A stretch of DNA of 64,000 bases from Eledone cirrhosa (taxonomy: Eukaryota), in NCBI GenBank assembly GCA_964016885.1, contig OZ024742.1, forward strand, positions 103,602,001 to 103,666,000, in the 5' to 3' direction. The position numbers and the translations under genes are program-made. Shown here piece after piece: positions 56,250 through 64,000 of this stretch. The notes beneath the pieces were generated by a model. The model had not been told where the DNA came from, ran no database searches, and worked only from the letters and a program-made list of their open reading frames with translations. The stretch's first letter is position 1; every line of letters begins with the position of its first letter.

Positions 56250-59200
56250 GAAAATAAAAGTTACCGGCGAAAGAGAGTAATATCCATCGTCAGTTGTCTG
56301 CTAGAAATCATAGGTATTTCTTCGCGTTAGAGACAAGATACCTCAGACTAGAGCGAACAATAACTAAAATAAGTTATTGGGATAAAAAGTGGGGAGAGAG
56401 AGAAAAAAATGTAAACAGACACGAAGGGTGAAGCAACGTAAAGAGAGGAAAAATATCAAGTAAACAACTCATTTCGAACATATGTTCTGTCGAGTTTTAC
56501 GAGAGAAAAAAGACATGTCTTCACTGTAGCCGTGTGAGCGAGAGAAGAGATTGCTTACAGTGGTGGACGAGGGAGGAAGTGACCTAGCGGAGAGGGAGTG
56601 AATGAAAGTAAAGGAAGCTAGAAAGAGATAGTTATAGTGGCAGGCTAGCCGAGAGAAGGTGAAGCAGAGGGGGTGAGCGAAAGTAAGAGAGAGAAGGAGA
56701 GAGAGGATAGCAACAAGGGAAGAGAAAAGAGACGGGTCACAGCGGAGAAGGAAACTTATATGAATAAAATGGAGAGCTGTGTGGTTGCAATTAAGTATAA
56801 TGAAAATAAAATGAAGATAAAATACGAATTGTGTTTTATAAATTTTGACATAACCAAGGACAATATATCCTTGGATAGTGAAGGGATAAGAGAAGAAAAG
56901 TCAGATATTTCAAATTATTAAGATGAGTATGCAAATGAGGTTTAGATAAACGGGCTGAAAAAAACGTTATTTTAGACGCTATGGAAAATTTAAATAATTA
57001 TGATAAGTTATTGTATGCGTAGGAAAGAAGAGAAAGGAAGAAGAGCTAGCATTTACGTTAATTTTGGGGAAAAAAATTTATTTACCTATATTATGAGTTA
57101 TAATATTGTATATATAATCAATTAGATTATATGAAGAATTGTGGTTGTAAGTGTCTTTATCTTATTACATTACGATAGGTTATATGTATATAAATATCTA
57201 TATATATATTAATAAATTGCGTATGTATTAGTTGTTTATATATCAAATATGAGTTACGAAGGATGTTGATTTTGTATTTTACTTAAAAATAGGTGGTTCA
57301 AGTTGTGAGAGTAGAACAATTTGTGGATTCAAAAATTTTGTTCGACATTAAAAATGTTTTCAGAATATTGTTAATTTAGCGAAGCTATACAGATTATCAA
57401 ACATAATAGGTTTATGTTTGCACGATTGAGAAAGGAAAGATAACTCCAATTTTGTTTGTTAACCATTAAATTAGATGAATGATTTACTCCAAAATATATA
57501 GAGAAAATTATATATTATTTTGTGTGAGATCCATTATTTTAGTCGAAAGATGTGTGAATGCTTGAATAACAAAAAGAGAGAGGGAAAATGTATTGTGTTT
57601 TTCGAAGAACTATCGTAAAGAGGATACATTTTCAGAATGTCATTTAAAGATTATCAATCTACATCTAAAAATATATTTAGAGGGGTGTCATTAGAAAAAT
57701 AATTTCGCAATTAAAAATAATGTCAGAATTAAAATAATGTCGGAAATTAAAATATTAAATATATATATTAAAAGTATTATAAATATTAGAGATATTAAAA
57801 TTTTTTAGAAATATTAAAAATTTTTTTAGAAATATAAAAAATATTAAAAACAATATTTAAAAAATATTTTTAAAATATTAAAAATATTAAAAAATTTACA
57901 TTTAAATTTTTAAAAAAGTAGGATCATTTTGAAGGTGTATATGAATATTATAAATTAAAAATAGTTCTGAACGTGGAATTTTGGCGATGTTTGCAAGAAG
58001 AAAATAATTCTGTCCTGAGATTAATAGAGTTTTGACAGTTAATTATATAATAAATTTCTTCGATACACAATTTACAAAATCTTGATAAAGCCGTATTTCG
58101 GTATGCAGGTGCTTTCGAAATCGTTCTCCAGGATATTGAATAGTCTATATTGTTGTCTTTTAAATTCCAAATTAGATGTGAAAGTGAAGTAGAAGATTTT
58201 TTATCAGATCTCCTAAATATATGATTATGGTTATTCCAGCGTTCTTTAAATTTTGTTGAAGTGGCACCGACATAGTTAAACATTTTGTCTCTAGTTTTAA
58301 CTGTGCATTTGGTTCTACAGTTACATTTACTGGAGTTATTGTTGTTCAGAACGGTACTATTATTCTGAATATTGTTGTTAGAAATATTATTATTGCTATT
58401 TTGGTTAGTTTGGTTAGGGTTTAAATTTAAGTTTCTATTATTAATTCTATTTATATTTTGTGCTATGTTCATAGTAGTAGAGTAGGATAGTTTTATAGTG
58501 TGTCTGTTAAAAATAGAGTGGTATCTGTGGGCTTTAGGAAAACATTTATCTAGTGCTTTAAAGAATAGCTTTGCTAAATGTATTTTAACACTGAATGAGA
58601 ATGGGGGAGAGTACCAAATAATATTTCTAGTTCTAGTTTTTTTTGTTTGGTTTTGTGTTTAAGTTAATACTAGGATGATATGTCATGTTATTGTTATCTA
58701 TGTATTAAATTCTATTTGAGTATCCTGCTCTATGTAAAGCTTCATTATAATATTCAGCCTTATCATCAAAAATGTTTTTATTAGCGGAGATGCGTGAAAT
58801 CCGTTGTTGGACGCTATTGACAATAGTGTTTTTAATACTTCTAGTGGTGGATTGGCAGTATCGGTAGAGGGTCGGACGCCATGCTTTGGCACATAGAGTT
58901 ACGGCCCTTGCCATTCTGAGTTCAAATCCCGCCGCGGTTAACTTTGCCTTTCATCCTTACGGGGTCGATAAAATAAAGTACCAGTAATGCACTGGTTAAT
59001 TACTGGCCTTGTGCCAAAAGTAGAAACAATTATTAATACTTCTAGGACATTATTTTAATTCCGACATTATTTTTCTAATGACACCCCTCTAAATATATTT
59101 TTAGATGTAGATTGATAATCTTTAAATGACATTCTGAAAATGTATCCTCTTTACGATAGATCTTCGAAAAACACAATACATTTTCCCTCTCTCTTTTTGT

Positions 59201-59810
59201 TATTCAAGCATTCACACATCTTTCGACTAAAATAATGGATCTCACACAAAATAATATATAATTTTCTCTATATATTTTGGAGTAAACCATTCATCTAATT
59301 AGCTTCGCTAAATTAACAATATTCTGAAAACATTTTCAATGTTGAACAAAATTTTTGAATCCACAAATTGTTCTACTCTCACAACTTGAACCACCTATTT
59401 TTAAGTAAAATACAAAATCGACATCCTTCGTAACTCATATTTGATATATAAACAACTAATACATACGCAATTTATTAATATATATATAGATATTTATATA
59501 CATATAACCTATCGTAATGTAATAAGATAAAGACACTTACAACCATAATTCTTCTAGCTAGCTCTTCTTCCTTTCTCTTCTTTCCTACGCATACAATAAC
59601 TTATCATAATTATTTAAATTTTCCATAGCGTCTAAAATAACGTTTTTTTCAGCCCGTTTACCTGAAACCTCATTTGCATACTCATCTTAATAATTTGAAA
59701 CATCTGACTTTTCTTCTCTTATCCCTTCACTATCCAAGGATAACTCGAACCGTTAAGGTATATTGTCCTTGGTTATGTCAAAATTTATAAAACACACTTC
59801 GTATTTTATC
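56250..59810 (-). mobile_element. 5'-truncated Penelope-like element (RT thumb, linker, GIY-YIG) with inverted pseudo-LTR copy
   Basis: 57948-58840 encodes RISRISAN...YNEAL...GY, IIWYSPPFS, IKLSYS, YVGATSTKFKER..NH, TSLSHLIW and CKLCIEE. 59046-59810 is an inverted copy of about 56815-57745. Flanked by (TA)n. Confidence 0.9.
58845..59032 (+). mobile_element. tRNA-SINE inserted in the Penelope-like element
   Basis: 13-bp TSD TTAATACTTCTAG at 58832-58844 and 59033-59045. Confidence 0.9.
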
Positions 59811-59975
59811 TGATGAAAGCGTACCAAAATGTTGGTACCCTTGAAATATATATAAAAGAATAAATATGGTTTTATAAATATAGTTTCCATTTATTTAATA
59901 TCATTGTATATATATATATATAAGATCCCGTTAAGGGTAAAAGCATCGATTCTTTGCTTAAACTTTAATCTGTTA

Positions 59976-60055
<80 letters not shown>

Positions 60056-60358
60056 ATTTACAACCTGAAGGTATAAAACTCACTGTTGACCCAAGCCTAT
60101 GGTAAATGACACTCACCCAAGATGCCAAACAATGGGATCAAACACCATGCAGCATCCAATCTCTTTATTAAAGAACATAGACACACATACTTTTCCTATT
60201 TACCTGTACACATTACAAAGACAGCAAATTTGCAGTTATTAAAACGTCAGATAGAACGCTTTGTTGTATTCTTTCTGACTCTCTTGAGGTCAACTTTGCC
60301 TTTCATCCTTTTGTGGTCAATATAAAAGTTCTAGTTCAGTATTGGGGTTGATTCAACC

Positions 60359-60488
<130 letters not shown>

Positions 60489-61139
60489 CTTCTTTGGAAG
60501 AAGTTGGTTATGTTTAGACTTGGAAAGGAGACGGACTCCCCCAGGTTTAAAGTGCCACTATTGCACCCCCATGACTCAATCAGGAGTTACAGATCTATAC
60601 ATACATATTATACCATATAAACTCTTAAGGCATACTCCCTCCCCGTTATCCTTTAGTTTTCATGTTTTCTTTCTATTCTTTTTTATCTTACCTTTTCATC
60701 ATTTCTCCTCCTGATATACTATTTCTGTGCCTAATACATTAGATGTATAGGTTGAGGAGGTTTTCAGCATGTGGTTTGGTTTGAGGAGAAAATAGAAGAT
60801 GAAAAACAAAATATTTATGGCCTCCTGTGAGGTAAATAGTTTAGTGTGTATCATCACTACTTCAGTGACATATGTCTGAATTTTATCTTTGTTACTACAC
60901 TTCTTACATATTTTTTCTTTTTTTTAGCTTCTTTATTAAATTTATTTTTACTTTTTAAAATTTTATTTTATTTATTTATTTTATTTATTTATTTATTTGA
61001 TATCCCATTCTCTTTCTGTATGTCATTCTCATTCCCCTTCACAGTTTTTTTATTCCTGTATTTCTATCATTTTTCATTCCATTAAATCTTTCTTCTCTTT
61101 CTCCTGTTTTCCCCTGGGGCAGGGAGGAGGGGGGTGTTG

Positions 61140-61700
61140 GAGAATTGGTTCTTCTCTTCATTTCACTTTAATCCCTCCCCACTTCTTTCAATCCCACCTC
61201 ACCTTCTATCAACTGCTCACATACCTTCCCCACATCCACACCCTTCCCATTTTACCCATACTTCACTCTTTCTCCACTCTCAGTCCCCCCTTTTTTATCA
61301 ACCAATATCTCATTCCACCCCTCCTAAATATCCTCCCCCTCACTATTATATCTTCCCCTCTGCTATCTCTTTCTCTCCCACTCCCTCATTATCTATCACT
61401 TTCCCTCCCTCTCATATCTCTTTCCTTCCTCTCACTACTCTCTCTCTCTCTATCTCACTCTTCCCCCTCCAGCTTTTATCTCCTCCCCTCTCCTATCTCT
61501 TCCCTCACCCTCTTCCATTCTCTATTTCTCTCTTCTCTCCCCCTCTCACAACTCCATATCTCTCCCTCTTCTCTCCACCTCTCACTATTCCATATCTCTC
61601 TCTTCTCTCCCCCTCTCACTACTCCATATCTCTCTCTTATCTCCCCCTCTCTTACTCTATCCACTGCACTTTAGATAAACACCCCCCTCCCCACTTTCAC
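61140..61700. repeat. Pyrimidine-rich (CT) low-complexity tract
   Basis: Strong C/T bias with short internal repeats. Accounts for the L/S/P-rich ORFs. Confidence 0.8.
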
Positions 61701-63219
61701 CTCAACTGGCGTTAAACCAATCAGAATTTGTTAAAGAGAGAGGGGGTGACAGACAAAGAGAGGAGACAGGCAAAGAGAGAGGGAGACACAAAGAAAGAGG
61801 GAGACAGACAAAGAGAGGGAGAAGACAAAAACAAAGACAAAAAAATTGTTCGTCTGCAGATTGTGAAGAATTTAAAGAAGAGATTACACAAGATAAAATC
61901 CCCTGGTAACACGATATGGTGTCAAATTCTGTTACAGAAAGGGGTCAGTTATTTTAATGTTGACTCTAAAGTGTCCACAAGTAGGGTAGAATATTTCTCT
62001 GAAGCTTCATAACATTTTATTTATTTATTTATCTATTCATAGACAACGAAGAATTGGCAAAGTCTTTAGAATGTTGGATAGAATGGTTTGCAATATACAT
62101 TCTGGATCTTAGTGTTCTCTGAGTTCAAAACTTGCCAAAGTCAACTTTGTCTTTCATCTTACTAGGGTCAGATAAAATAAGGTACCAGTCAAGTGCTGGG
62201 GTTGATACAGACCTGTCAAATCTCCCTGTCTGACGGGGAGATCTCCCACCCACTTTGGAATAGGTGAGAGATGTCTTCTCGTGTGAAAATGAGTATAGCT
62301 TTCTTTATGTAAAATCTCCCCATTTTGCCTCATTTCTCCCCGTTTTGGGACACTTTTTTTCATGGTACCCCCTGTTAAGGTTTTTAGAGGTTGGCAGATC
62401 TGTTTATATAATCAACTTTCTCTTCCTTCTAAAATTGCTGGCCTTGTGCATAAAATAGAAATCATTTATTTATTCATAGGTAAGGGATAAGTGAATCAAC
62501 AAAGTTGTTAGAATGTTGGATAGAATGCTTTGCAGTATTCAATCTAGTTCTCTGAGCTTAGATCCCGCAAGATTAACTTTGCCTTTCATCCTTTCAAGGT
62601 CGATAAAAAAAATATCAGTTCAGTGTTGGGGTAGATTCTCCTCCCTACTCTCTCTCTCTCCTTCTCTTGAAGAAATTGGCTATGTTTAGACCTGGAGAAG
62701 GATGGGTTCTGCCTGGCATTTAGATGCCATGTCATGACTCCATCAGGAGTCACAGGTTCACACATACATATGTAGACTTAACACTGCTTTATTCAATGTG
62801 TTCTTCCTTTTTTACTAAGATGATAATGAGTGATTTGAGGAAGATTTGACTGCTATTTCTAGAATATGCAATTTTATTTGCATATCTATGCAATAATCTG
62901 TTCATTAAATACTTGACTAGTTCAACCTCCTTTAATATGAAATTTTTATATTCAGTCTCCTCTCCAATATGAGAATATAATGTTACTGTAATTCCTGGAC
63001 TGGGTTGGGTGTTGTTTTCTTGAGCAAAACACTCCATTAGATGTTGTCCAGTATACTCAGCTGAAAATGAGTAATAGCAGAAGCTGGAAATTTAACCCTG
63101 AGATGGACTGGTGTCTTGTCCAAGGGGAAATCTTGTACTCTCAGTCGCTTAATATCAAGAAAACCAGGATAAGCACCATCCTAATGAGCCTTTGGGCTTT
63201 AGTCAGACGTAAAACTATT

Positions 63220-63600
63220 TAGTAAATCTTAATGGTCTGCCCAGCAATCTTTTTGCAGGAGGGATCTGATATCTTCTGGGAACAGCCCTATGATTAAATA
63301 ATATCTTCTGCTGGATGTAATTAAATTAGTATAACTTTAGTATGATACTAAGAACATGCTTGATAGTTTAAACTGTTCTTCCAGCTGCTTTATTTGATGA
63401 TGGCTTGTATATAGGGGCTTCAATATTCATACATTCCTTTTTACTGATTTATTCTGTAAGCTCAACAAATTCTGTGCCATTATCATAACCCCTAAATCAT
63501 GAGTCTCAACATTAATGTACCTTTTACTGTCTCTTATGAAATTATTGTCATTAGCAAATAGGATTTGGAAAGACATTGAAGAGCTATTTATTCAATTAAC
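63220..63600 (-). mobile_element. Highly decayed LTR-retrotransposon integrase remnant
   Basis: Minus-strand YDNGTEFV, PIYKPSSNKAAGRTV*TIK and HPAE, resembling the rve SDNGxxF / YHPxSNGxAER / SPAE motifs. Confidence 0.55.
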
Positions 63601-64000
63601 ACTGCAAGTTTTTATATTCAATGTCCAGAGTTTGCCATTCTAAAAGAAATGATCAAGACCAAACTTTTCTTGCAATGCAATGCAATTTGATACTAAACCA
63701 CCTGAAACTGCCCCTGGCCCTACAGTATCAAACTATATATTAGAAAATGTTTATATCTATCTAAAAACATTCCTCCTTAATTTTATGTAATAATCTTTGT
63801 TACACTCTAACCCCTATGCCATGTGCCACACATGGCTTAGGGGTTAGAGTGTTGGCCTTGCAATCGAAAGGTTGTGAGTTCAATTCTCAGACAGGGTGAT
63901 GTGTTGTTTCCTTGAGCAAGACACTTTATTTCACATTGCTCCAGTTTACTCAGGTGTAGAAATGAGATGATAGGGACTGGGGTCCCTATCATTCCACTGC

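Noticed and set aside
56285-56300. CUGACGA on the minus strand at the Penelope 3' end
   Set aside because: No GAAA or closing helices follow. At most a deleted remnant.
60997-61715. 225-aa and 193-aa L/S/P-rich ORFs
   Set aside because: Low-complexity CT tract.
62789-63037. 82-aa minus-strand ORF as a host exon
   Set aside because: It starts within a SINE, has no convincing splice sites or motif, and is probably part of the decayed LTR element.

Overview
AT-rich eukaryotic genomic DNA dense in repeats. The microsatellite load and the SINE/LINE/Penelope content fit an octopus-like mollusc (inference). One host gene can be reconstructed on the minus strand: five in-phase GT-AG exons (20674 down to 1188) encode a signal peptide plus the N-terminal part of a large lipid transfer protein (vitellogenin/apolipophorin-like). 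The rest is mostly decayed mobile DNA: Tc1/mariner (DD37D), mariner, two hAT elements, RTE, R4-like and Tx1-like LINEs, a two-LTR element with a tRNA-Trp PBS, a Penelope-like element, MITEs and many tRNA-SINEs. The standout is a 468-bp x5.7 non-coding tandem array (51340-54138). Each unit carries a minimal type I hammerhead ribozyme on the minus strand. The array sits in (TA)n, has an inverted end and lies about 2 kb from a Penelope-like element, so it is a retrozyme-like candidate circular-RNA locus. Further hammerhead remnants and hammerhead-derived palindromes lie nearby. All calls come from reading the sequence by eye; no database search or folding program was run.
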